Source: an uncultured Acidobacteriota bacterium (GTDB taxonomy: Bacteria; Acidobacteriota; Polarisedimenticolia; Polarisedimenticolales; Polarisedimenticolaceae). Taken from it: a stretch of DNA of 64,000 nucleotides. Shown one piece after another: positions 46,742 through 56,453 of this stretch. Location: the NCBI GenBank assembly GCA_963824225.1, contig CAWGOF010000003.1, positions 3,040,847 to 3,104,846 of the forward strand. Reading direction: 5' to 3'. The notes under the pieces are model-generated. The model was given only the letters and a program-made list of their open reading frames with translations, was not told where the DNA came from and made no database searches. The position numbers and the translations under genes are program-made. Every line of letters starts with the position of its first letter. Positions within the stretch are counted from its first letter, which is position 1.

Positions 46742-49700
46742 TGAGCCCCGAGATCTCCGAGCGCTCCTTCGAGGAGGCGATCGAGTGCGCGCTGCTCCAG
46801 CACGGCCCCGACGCCTGCGCCGAGCGACGCGACGGCTGTCCGCGAGACGCCGCCGCCGTACGGCGACACGCCGCCGGGCGGCTATCGCAAGCGCAAGCCC
46901 GAGGACTACGACCGCACGCTCTGCCTGCTGCCGCGCGACGTGGTGGACTTCGTCCTCGCCACGCAGCCCAAGGAGTGGAAGAAGCTCGAGCAGCACCACG
47001 GCGCGGCGGTCCAGCGAGCAGTTCCTGAAGCGCCTCGCCGCCGAGATCGAGCGGCGCGGCGCGCTCGACGTGCTGCGCAACGGCATCAAGGACTCCGGCT
47101 GCAAGTTCCGGCTCGCCTACTTCCGCCCCGCGAGCGGGCTCAACGAGGAGACGCGGCGGCTGCACGCGGCGAACCTCTTCGCCGTGGTGCGCCAGCTCCG
47201 CTACAGCACGAAGAACGAGAAGAGCCTCGACCTGGTGCTGTTCCTGAACGGCATCCCGATCTTCACCGCCGAGCTCAAGAACCCGCTCAACGGCCAGGAC
47301 GTCGAGGACGCGATCCGCCAGTACAAGACCGACCGCGACCCGCGCGAGCCGCTGCTCGCCTACGGCCGCTGCCTCGCGCACTTCGCGGTGGACCCGGACC
47401 TGGTCTACGTCACCACGCAGCTCGCCGGGCCGAGGACGCGCTTCCTGCCCTTCAACCAGGGCAAGTTCGGCGGCGCCGGCAACCCGCCCGTGCCGCCCAC
47501 GCGCAAGCGGCTACGCGACCGCCTACCTCTGGGAGGAGACCTGGGCGCGCGACAGCGTGCTCGACCTCGTGCGCCAGTTCATCCACGAGGTCGAGGAGGA
47601 GGACGACAAGGGGCGCAAGACCGGCAAGCGCTTCCTGATCTTCCCGCGCTACCAGCAGCTCGACTGCGTGCGCAGGCTCGTGACCGACGCGCGCGCGAGC
47701 GGGCGCGGGGCAGCGCTACCTGATCCAGCACTCGGCCGGCAGCGGCAAGAGCTTCACCATCGCCTGGCTCGCCCACCAGCTCTCGACGCTCCACGACGCG
47801 AGCGACCGGCGCGTCTTCGACTCGATCGTCGTCATCACCGACCGGCGCGTGCTCGACCGCCAGCTCCAGACGACGATGCGCCAGTTCGAGCAGACGCTCG
47901 GCGTGGTGGAGAACATCGACACCACCTCGCGCCAGCTCAAGGAGGCGCTCGAGTCGGGCAAGACGATCATCGTCACCACGCTGCAGAAGTTCCCGGTGAT
48001 CGCGAAGGAGATCGGCGAGCTGCCGGGCAAGCGCTTCGCCGTGATCGTGGACGAGGCGCACTCGTCGCAGTCGGGCGAGAGCACGAAGAGCCTCGAAGGC
48101 GGTGCTCGCGTCGGGGTCGCTCGAGGAGGCCGAAGCCGAGGAGAGACGGAGGCAGGACGCCGGAGGAGGAGCTCGAGAGCTACGCTCCTGGCCGAGATGG
48201 AGAAGCGCGGGCACGCTCCCGAACCTCTCGACGTTCGCCTTCACCGCCACGCCGAAGCCGAAGACGCTGGAGCTGTTCGGCACGAAGCGCGCCGACGGGA
48301 AGTTCGCGCCCTTCCACCTCTACAGCATGCGCCAGGCGATCGAGGAGGGGTTCATCCTCGACGTGCTGGCGAACTACACGACCTACAAGGCCTACTGGCG
48401 GCTGCTCAAGAAGGTCGAGGACGACCCGCGCTACGACAAGAAGAAGGCCGAGTACCTGCTCAAGTCGTTCGTCGAGCTGCACCCGCACGCGATCGGCGAG
48501 AAGGTGCGGATCATGCGTCGAGCACTTCGCCGCGCAGGTGCAGGGCGAGATCGGCGGCAAGGCCAAGGCGATGATCGTCACGCGCTCGCGCCTGCACGCG
48601 GTGCGCTACAAGCTGGCGGTGGACGAGTACCTCGCCGAGCGCGGCTATCCGTTCAAGGCGCTGGTGGCGTTCTCCGGCACGGTCCAGGACGGCGGGCAGT
48701 CCTACACCGAGTCCGAGCATGAACGGCTTCCCGGAGGCGCAGACCGCCAAGACCTTCGAGCGGCCCGAGTACCGGTTCCTGATCGTCGCCAACAAGTTCC
48801 AGACCGGCTTCGACCAGCCGCTGCTGCACACGATGTACGTGGACAAGAAGCTCGGCGGCGTGAACGCGGTGCAGACGCTCTCGCGGCTCAACCGCACGCT
48901 ACCCCGGAGAAGAAGGGCACGATGGTGCTCGACTTCGCCAACGAGGCCGACGAGATCAAGGCCGCCTTCGAGCCCTACTACGAGACGACGCTGCTCTCCG
49001 AGGCGACCGACCCGAACCTGCTCTACGAGATCCAGACCCGCCTCGCCGCCTTCCCGGTCTACACCGAGGCCGACGTGGACGCCTTCGCCAAGGTCTACTT
49101 CGACCCCAAGGCGACGCAGGACCGGCTCTACGCCGTGCTCGCGCCCGTGGTCGAGCGCTTCCAGGCAGCTCTCGCGCCGAGGAGCAGCACGACTTCCGCG
49201 GCCAGCTCACCGACTACGTGCGGCTCTACGCCTTCCTCGCCCAGGTGCTGACCTTCGCCGACGCCGACCTCGAGAAGCTCTACGTCTTCGCGCGGCACCT
49301 GCGGCGGCTGCTGCCCGCCGACCGCGCCGAGCTGCCGCGCGAGGTGCAGCAGAACATCGACATGGAGTCGTACCGGATCCAGCAGACCGGCAGCGGCAAG
49401 ATCGCGCTGGAGCGCAGGCCCGGCGTGCTCGAACCCGTGAGCACCAAGCAGCGGCCACGGCGTCGACGCCGGAGGAGCTGGAGACGCTCTCGCGCATCAT
49501 CGCCGAGCTGAACGAGCGCTTCGGACTCAACCTCGGCCCCGAGCACCGCGTGACGCTCGGCCAGATGATGGAGAAGCTCGACGACGACGCGGCGCTCGAC
49601 GCGGCGGCGCGGGTCAACACGCGCGAGAACGTGCGGCTCACCTTCGACCAGAAGGTCGAGCACGTGATCCAGGAGATCGTCGACTCGAACTTCGAGCTCT

Positions 49701-50336
49701 ACAAGCGCATCACCGACGACCGCGCCTTCGGCGAGGCGATCAAGAACTTCCTGTTCGACCAGTACCTGCGCGCTCACCGCAACGCCGAGGAGCTGATCAA
49801 GCGCGGCGAGTCGAAGACGCTGGAGTTCAAGTCCACCCTGCGCTGGAGCCTCAAGGAGGACCGGCAGGACGACAAGGGCGTGACGCACGCCGTCCTGAAG
49901 ACGATCGCCGCGTTCCTGAACACCGAGGGCGGCGATCTCCTGATCGGCGTGGCGGACGACGGCGCGATCGTCGGCATCGAGCACGACCAGCTCGAGAACG
50001 ACGACAAGTTCATGCGCCACCTCGCCCAGGTCGTGCGCAACGGTCTCGGCGACCGTGCCGGTACCTGCATCGATCCGAAGACCCAGATCGTGCAGGGCAA
50101 GACGGTCTGCGTCGTGAGCTGCCAGCGGAGCCCTGAGCCGGTGTTCCTGAAGTGGAAGGGGATGGAAGACGCGCCGGACGGCGACTTCTTCGTCAGGAGC
50201 GGCCCCGGGACCGTGAAGCTCCCTCCCGAGAGCGCGCGTCGAGTACATTCGAACGCGGTTCGCCGGGTTCCTAGTCGAAGAGAAACCAGACGCACCATCA
50301 AGGGGAGCGACAACGGGTCCCGGCGCGGACACCGCA
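46741..50336 (+). pseudogene. hsdR: Type I restriction enzyme R subunit (HsdR), multiply frameshifted, with in-frame C-terminal AlbA_2/Schlafen-like (divergent AAA_4) domain
   Basis: HsdR N-terminal nuclease region, SF2 helicase motifs (QHSAGSGKSFT, DEAHSSQ, ...), C-terminal ...[20 protein letters not shown]...; at least 8 frame switches between 46990 and 49460; 49790-50235 encodes [13 protein letters not shown]...[18 protein letters not shown] AlbA_2-like domain. Confidence 0.65.
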
Positions 50337-51436
50337 TGAGCTACTTCATGGATTTGTTTTCGCCCGAAACATATGAGGCGTTTGCCAAGTCAGACAGGAC
50401 CATTTCGGGGTTTCGCCCCCGGCAGCGAAACATCGCCCAACGCATCAGGCCGGGGGACAAACTCGTCTGCTATATGACTCGGCTGTCGCGCTGGATCGGC
50501 ATTCTCGAGGTGGAGAATGGGCCTTTCAACGACGCGACGCCGATCTTCTATCCGGAGGCAGATCCTTTTACGGTCCGGTTTCGCGTTAGAGCGAAGGTCT
50601 GGCTGCCGTTGGAGAAGACGGTGCCAATCCACGCCTCAACGGTCTGGGGCAGTCTGTCCTTCACTAGCAAGCTTCCCCACTCCTCTACTGCTTGGACTGG
50701 AAAGGTCCGAGGCAGCCTGGTGGCTCTATCGGACGCCGACGGCGAATTCCTAGAGTCGCTGCTGGCCCGGCAAGCTACGGCTGGTCAGGAATACGCCCTG
50801 GATTCAGATGAGCAGAAGAAGCTCCGGGCAACGAAGATCAGGCGTCTCGAGAAGGACGTCACGGTTACCGTTCCAGAAGACGCCGAGCCCGCCGCACCGC
50901 CTGTAGTCGTCGGTGAAGTGCGAGAGTCCATTCGCATCCAGGCGCTTCTCGCCGAAGTCGGTAGCCGAATGGGGCTACAGATTTGGATTCCTCGATCTGA
51001 CCGCGCCGCCGTGGAAACTGAATGGCGGAGAGACCACCCGCCAATCCTCGACCGCCTACCCCTCAACTACGATGACACGACCCTCAGGACTATCGAGCAG
51101 ATCGATGTGCTGTGGCTAAAAGGCCGCTCCATCAAGCGGGCCTTCGAGGTTGAGCATACGACGTCCGTGTACTCGGGAATTTTGCGGATGGCCGACCTGC
51201 TTGCGCTCCAGCCAAACATGGATATCCGGCTCCATATCGTCGCGCCGCCCGCTAGGCGCGAGAAAGTCTTCCAGGAGATCCTGCGGCCAGTCTTCTCTCT
51301 CCTAGATCGGGGCCCTCTCTCCGAAAGCTGCACCTTCGTGTCCTATGAGAGCGTTCGTGAGCTCGCCGATCAGCAGCATTTGGAACACCTATCGGATACA
51401 GTCCTCGATGAATACGAGGAGCAAGCCGGGGATTAG
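50337..51436 (+). CDS. PUA-like (EVE/ASCH-type) domain fused to putative PD-(D/E)xK-like nuclease domain; candidate modification-dependent restriction enzyme
   Basis: no stop separates it from hsdR frame, but GC drops to ~58% from 50337 and codon usage changes; N-terminal [18 protein letters not shown]...[25 protein letters not shown]-like pattern; C-terminal ...[19 protein letters not shown]... nuclease-like motif. Confidence 0.4.
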
Positions 51437-51581
51437 GACCGCCATCCAACCGAGGCGGGCGTTCCGACGGCGCCCCCGCGCGGCGACAAGCCCACGGCAT
51501 CGCGCTTGAGCTCGAGAGGCGGAGGATCGGTGTCCCGGGCGAAGCAGGCATGCTTCCCTGACGTTAGCCTATCCTCGTCCG

Positions 51582-52094
51582 GTGCTGAACGGCGACGCGG
51601 ATGACGAAGCGCTCGTTGCTGCCGCCAACAACGGACACGTTCAGGCCTACGAGCAGCTGTACCGTCGCCACTGCGGCTGGGTCACGTCTGTCGCCCGGAG
51701 ACTGACCGGCAGCGAGCAGGACGCGCTCGACGTTCTTCAGGAGACGTTCGAGTACCTGTGGGCCAAGCTGCCGGGCCTTCGCCTGACTTCGACAATCCGG
51801 GCGCTCCTCTACCCCGTGATCAAGCACAAGAGCGTCGATGTGCTGCGACGACGTCGGCGGGAAGCGCCGCTGGACGACGAGGAGCTCGTGGCGCGGGCCC
51901 CGGGGCAGCCCGTCGAGTTCGTCGACGCGCTCAAGAACCTTCCCGCAGAGCAGCGTGAGGTGGTGGTCTTGCGCTTCGCCTACGATTTCCGCTTGGCCGA
52001 GATCGCCGAAGCTTTGGGAATCCCGGTGGGCACGGTCAAGTCGCGCCTCCACAACGCCTTAGCGGATCTGCGGCGGTCCTACCCGAAGAAATAG
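51582..52094 (+). CDS. ECF-family RNA polymerase sigma factor
   Basis: 170 aa; region 2 (…YEQLYRRHCGWVTSVARRLTG…DVLQETFEYLW) and region 4 HTH (EQREVVVLRFAYDFRLAEIAEALGIPVGTVKSRL). Confidence 0.8.
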   Translation: MLNGDADDEALVAAANNGHVQAYEQLYRRHCGWVTSVARRLTGSEQDALDVLQETFEYLWAKLPGLRLTSTIRALLYPVIKHKSVDVLRRRRREAPLDDEELVARAPGQPVEFVDALKNLPAEQREVVVLRFAYDFRLAEIAEALGIPVGTVKSRLHNALADLRRSYPKK

Positions 52095-52149
52095 CTCCCG
52101 GAATGAACCTTTTCCGGCTGTCCTCCGCTTACGAGCTGAGGCCAGAGGA

Positions 52150-52680
52150 ATGGAATCGACGGTTCAGCACCCATCCGACCTCGAGCTGGAGCTCGCCAGA
52201 ACCGGCGAGGCGGATGACGATGTGCGCTCGCACATCACAGCTTGCCCGGCATGCTCCGAAAGAGCGGCGATGCTGTACGAGCTCTCGGAGTCGCTTCGGC
52301 AGGCGTCGCCGTCGGTCCAGATCCCGGAGCTGATCGACGCGCGGATTCTTCGCCAGGCCAGACGCGCGGCAGGTCGCCGGCCAGGTATTCGTCGCTGGCG
52401 CTGGGCGGCGGGCGCAGCAGCTGCGGCTGTAGCCACGGCGGCGGTGCTTCTGCTTGCGCTCCCGTGGATCCAGCGTTCTCGCGACGGCGACGCGCTGTCC
52501 GCCGATCTCAACGGCGATGGGGTCACCGACATCCTCGACGCGTACACGCTCGCGAGGCGCGTCGAAGCAGGTGGCACCGTCGATGCGGGTTGGGACATCG
52601 ACGCGAATGGCCGGATCGATCGCCGAGATGCCGCCTCGCTCGCCATGGCGATCGTCCAGCCCGATTCAGAGATCCGCTGA
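52150..52680 (+). CDS. zinc-binding anti-sigma factor (ZAS-type) with TM helix and C-terminal dockerin-like repeats
   Basis: HITACPACSE H-x3-C-x2-C motif; TM (WAAGAAAAAVATAAVLLLALPW); C-terminal DLNGDGVTDILD and DIDANGRIDRRD calcium-binding dockerin/EF-hand-like repeats. Confidence 0.55.
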   Translation: MESTVQHPSDLELELARTGEADDDVRSHITACPACSERAAMLYELSESLRQASPSVQIPELIDARILRQARRAAGRRPGIRRWRWAAGAAAAAVATAAVLLLALPWIQRSRDGDALSADLNGDGVTDILDAYTLARRVEAGGTVDAGWDIDANGRIDRRDAASLAMAIVQPDSEIR

Positions 52681-53123
52681 TGCGCCGTCGGCTGATCTTG
52701 GCGCTGGTCCTGATGGCGGCGGCGCCGGGGCTCTTGGCCCAGGAAGGCTCGGAGCCGCGCTTCACGACGATCGCCGTGTGCGTCGACTCCGGACCTGAGG
52801 CGCTCGCGGCCTGGCAGATCGAGCTGTCGCCGACCGGCGGTGCTGAGATCGTCGGGATCGAGGGCGGGGAAGCGCCGTTTCAGGAGCCTCCGTACTACGA
52901 CGCAGCGGCGTTTCGGAGCGGCCGAGTCGTTTTGGCCGCGTTCAGCACCGACCGGAATCTCCGCCACGGCGTTCAGCGCGTCGCCACGGTGCACGCCATG
53001 GAGACCGGAAGCCAGGTCACGTATTCGTTGGTTCTCAAGGCGGCTGGGAACGAGGCCGGCTCACGTATCGTTGCGCAGGTTTGGTCGTCGCGAGACGATT
53101 GCAAGCCGAGGGGAAGGCCATGA
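52680..53123 (+). CDS. hypothetical secreted protein
   Basis: ATG overlapping upstream stop (TGATG); signal peptide MRRRLILALVLMAAAPGLLAQ. Confidence 0.4.
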   Translation: MRRRLILALVLMAAAPGLLAQEGSEPRFTTIAVCVDSGPEALAAWQIELSPTGGAEIVGIEGGEAPFQEPPYYDAAAFRSGRVVLAAFSTDRNLRHGVQRVATVHAMETGSQVTYSLVLKAAGNEAGSRIVAQVWSSRDDCKPRGRP

Positions 53124-55168
53124 CGCACGGTCCACGGAAGATCGCTCTCACCTTGGTCACCGTGGTTCTCGCGGTGGGTTTGCTGATCTGTCTGTCCTGC
53201 GCCAAGAAGTCGTACTTGCCGGAGAGCGAAGGCGCTCACAGCGAGCGGCTCTTCGACTCCATGGCCCAGGGCGGCGCCGACGAGCTGTGGGTCCTGGTTC
53301 GCCCGGAGCGTTCGGACACCGCCGGGGAAGATCGCCCACGCTCCGGCGCACTCCGGATGCTCGATCCGGAAAGCGGCGAAGTGTTGGCCGTGCCGCTCCG
53401 GCACACCGATGTCCGGGCATCCGTTGCGGGCTCGATCGCGACGGTCCTGGTCGAGCAGCAGTTCCACAACCCGTTCGATCGTACGATCGAGGCCGAGTAC
53501 GTGTTTCCTCTCCCCGACGACGCTGCCGTGAGCGACTTCGTGATGGTGATCGGGGAACGGCGTATTCGCGGTGTGATCCGCGAGCGCGAAGAGGCAGAGC
53601 AGATCTATCGCGAAGCCCGGCGGCAGGGGTATCGCGCATCGCTCCTGACGCAAGAGCGGGAGAACGTCTTCACCCAGCGCGTTGCGAACATCGAGCCCGG
53701 GAAGGAGATCGACGTTCAGCTCACGTACTTCAACCGGCTGCCGTTCACCGACGGGGCGTACGAGTTCGTGTTCCCCATGGTCGTCGGCCCGCGCTACAAC
53801 CCGGCCGGGTCCAGAGACGGCATCGGCGCCGTATCGCGCGAGAAGGTGGGTACCAGCGGACAGTCGACCGAGGTTCCCTATCTTCGTCCCGGGGAACGGA
53901 GCGGGCACGACATCTCGCTGACGGTCGATCTGGACGCCGGGGTTGCCCTCGAGACCGTGGAGAGCAGCACCCACGCCGTCGACGTCGAGCGGGATGGGCC
54001 GGAGAGGGCCACGGTCCGCCTGACGGACCGGGCGGCGATTCCCGATCGCGATTTCGTGTTGCGCTACGAAATCGCGGGTTCGGGCGTCGCCTCCACACTC
54101 TTCCAGCACGAGGACGAGACGGGTCGCTACTTCTCCCTCGAGCTACACCCGCCCGCTCAGCTCGAGCGGCTGGGACGCTCTCCCCGGGAGCTGATCTTCG
54201 TGATCGACACGTCGGGCAGCATGGCGGGCGCGCCTCTCGGCATCGCCAAGCGCGCGGTCGCGAGCGTGCTCGGCCGGATGACGCCCGAGGACACGTTCCA
54301 GATCATCCGCTTCTCCGATAGCACCTCGAGCTTCGGGGGGTCTCCGGTTCGGGCTACGGAAGAGAACGTCCGAGCGGGGCTCGGGTACCTCGACCGTCTC
54401 GAGAGCGGCGGCGGGACGCAGATGCTACGGGGCATTCAGGAAGCGCTCGGGTTCCCGCACGAGCCGGAGCGGCTTCGTCTCATCACGTTCCTGACCGACG
54501 GGTTCATCGGCAACGAGACGGAGATCCTGGCGGAGATCCAGCGGGGCCTGGGATCGTCTCGGATCTTCTCCTTCGGCATCGGCTCCTCGCCGAATCGGTA
54601 CCTGATGGACCGCATGGCGTTCCTCGGCCGCGGCGCGGTGGCCTACGTCGGCGAGGATCGGAAGCTGGCGGAGGAGGTCGTGGACTCGCTCTTTGAGAGG
54701 ATCGCCCATCCGGCTCTGGCGGAGATCGAGATCGACTGGCAGGGGATGGGCGTCGAGGAAGTCTATCCGGCGCGGGTGCCCGATCTGTTCCCCGGACGCC
54801 CCGTCGTCCTGACGGGTCGTTATCGCGGCGCGCTGCCGTCGGCGATCCGTGTGTCCGGACGGGCCGAGGGGCGCGAGATCGTCGTCGACGTTCCGGTCGA
54901 CGGGCGATCGGCCGAGAACCATCCGGCGCTGCGCAACCTGTGGGCTCGGCGAAAGATCTCCGAGCTGGCAATGCAGTCGCTGCTGAGCTCGGGTACGGAT
55001 GCTCCCGAAGCGATCAAGGGCGTCGCGCTCGATCACGGCCTCATGTCGGCGTACACCGCCTTCGTCGCCGTCGACGCGTCGGGCAAGGTGCGGGAGCCGT
55101 CCGCCGTGACGGTGCCGGTTGCCGTACCGGTTCCGCATGGGGTGAATCACGACACGACGGTAGATTGA
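53120..55168 (+). CDS. VIT + VWA domain lipoprotein
   Basis: 683 aa; ATG overlaps upstream stop; lipobox LICLSCAK; VIT-like N-terminal region; VWA MIDAS DTSGSMAG...FLTDGFIGNE. Confidence 0.65.
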   Translation: MTHGPRKIALTLVTVVLAVGLLICLSCAKKSYLPESEGAHSERLFDSMAQGGADELWVLVRPERSDTAGEDRPRSGALRMLDPESGEVLAVPLRHTDVRASVAGSIATVLVEQQFHNPFDRTIEAEYVFPLPDDAAVSDFVMVIGERRIRGVIREREEAEQIYREARRQGYRASLLTQERENVFTQRVANIEPGKEIDVQLTYFNRLPFTDGAYEFVFPMVVGPRYNPAGSRDGIGAVSREKVGTSGQSTEVPYLRPGERSGHDISLTVDLDAGVALETVESSTHAVDVERDGPERATVRLTDRAAIPDRDFVLRYEIAGSGVASTLFQHEDETGRYFSLELHPPAQLERLGRSPRELIFVIDTSGSMAGAPLGIAKRAVASVLGRMTPEDTFQIIRFSDSTSSFGGSPVRATEENVRAGLGYLDRLESGGGTQMLRGIQEALGFPHEPERLRLITFLTDGFIGNETEILAEIQRGLGSSRIFSFGIGSSPNRYLMDRMAFLGRGAVAYVGEDRKLAEEVVDSLFERIAHPALAEIEIDWQGMGVEEVYPARVPDLFPGRPVVLTGRYRGALPSAIRVSGRAEGREIVVDVPVDGRSAENHPALRNLWARRKISELAMQSLLSSGTDAPEAIKGVALDHGLMSAYTAFVAVDASGKVREPSAVTVPVAVPVPHGVNHDTTVD

Positions 55169-55253
55169 CGCTCGACGCGGTCATGGGCTGGGATACGTTG
55201 GTTTCGATGAGCGCGCTCGCAGCCAGAAGCCGCGTCGCCGCCCTGTGAGAGCG

Positions 55254-55751
55254 ATGACGAAGATCGCGATCTTGGTCCTCGGCAGCGCACTCGCCCTGGG
55301 CCTGTGGTGGGCGGTGGCTGAGGGACCGCTCCGTGACCCCGATGATGCGCTTCGCGACTTCTACGAAGCTCGAGGACGAACGGAAGATCAACTCATGGAT
55401 CCGCTGATTCTCAGCGGCCGCCGCGTTGTCCCCCTCGTGATCGCCGCAGTGCCGAATAAGGAGATGAGACGCCGGCGCTACGCCATCGCGTTTCTCGGGA
55501 ATGGGCGATACCGCGATGCGCTGCCGGTGCTGGAGCAGGTTCTTGCGGATGAGTCCGAGGTGTTCTACTTCCGAGCGGACGCGCTCGAGGCGATCTTTCG
55601 CATCTCAGTCGAGCGCGCGCGCGAGGTCGCGCCGCGACACGTGAATGGCAAGGATCTCCTTGGTCAAGTCGCCCAAGAAATCGTCTCGGGGCGCAGCCCC
55701 GTGCGTCGGACCCGTTCGTACTGGCAGGCGTTTCTGCATGCTCACGAATGA
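55254..55751 (+). CDS. hypothetical protein with N-terminal TM helix
   Basis: MTKIAILVLGSALALGLWWAVA...; no recognised domain. Confidence 0.35.
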   Translation: MTKIAILVLGSALALGLWWAVAEGPLRDPDDALRDFYEARGRTEDQLMDPLILSGRRVVPLVIAAVPNKEMRRRRYAIAFLGNGRYRDALPVLEQVLADESEVFYFRADALEAIFRISVERAREVAPRHVNGKDLLGQVAQEIVSGRSPVRRTRSYWQAFLHAHE

Positions 55752-56077
55752 AGCCGCGGCGCGGCGGTCGAGTCCTCGGCGGGATCGCTACGGCGATGTG
55801 CTGCTCCAATGCGGCCAGCAAGACCGCGGCGTAACCGTGGCCGTTCTTCTGACCGTGGTCCTGTTGATCGCTCCGGTCATGAGTTCGTGCACGCGACACG
55901 TCAGGATCGAGGCGATCGGCTACGAGATCGTCGATACGTACCCGCGTACAGGGAGTTGCGTACGAGCTGTATCCGTCGGACACGTCGGGCGCGCCCCCGA
56001 GCGGGGAAGCTGGCCCATGGCTCGTCGGGTTCTTCACGTCGGAATCCGATCTTCGGTCGATCGCGAGGCGATCGGAG

Positions 56078-56452
56078 ATGCACCACCTCTACTACGACGT
56101 CTTCCAATGCCCGGCACCGGCGCCCCGCGACTCCGCGTTTCACGGCGGTCGGGTGTTCGACCTCTCGGCGGAGGATCTGGCTCGTGGGGGGCGACTCGCA
56201 CAGGAAGATGCGTACAAGGTGTACATGCCGATCAACCTACAAGAGGCGATCGAGCGCTCAGGGGTCTTGTACTGGCCGGAGGACCGAGCGCTGGTATCGT
56301 CGAGCATTCGCGAGCGCGGCCTCTGCCTCAGCTTCGGTGCGGGAGCGATGACGGGGTTCTCCCTTCGATCCAACACCGTCACGCTTCCCGTGATCATCGA
56401 GGACTCGCCGTTGAGGATTGGAGATATCCTGCGCGGCGCCGAGGTTCATTGA
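56078..56452 (+). CDS. hypothetical protein (possibly 3' part of a frameshifted gene starting ~55880)
   Basis: 124 aa MHHLYYDVFQCPAPAPRDSAFHGGRVFDL...; an upstream protein-like segment MSSCTRHVRIEAIGYEIVDTYPR lies in another frame. Confidence 0.25.
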   Translation: MHHLYYDVFQCPAPAPRDSAFHGGRVFDLSAEDLARGGRLAQEDAYKVYMPINLQEAIERSGVLYWPEDRALVSSSIRERGLCLSFGAGAMTGFSLRSNTVTLPVIIEDSPLRIGDILRGAEVH

Positions 56453-56453
56453 A

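Noticed and set aside
51437-51581. ECF-type autoregulated promoter (GAAGC-N16-CGTT) and hairpin GAAGCA-ggca-TGCTTC upstream of the ECF sigma gene
   Set aside because: Match to ECF -35/-10 consensus (AAC…CGT) is too weak to call from sequence alone.
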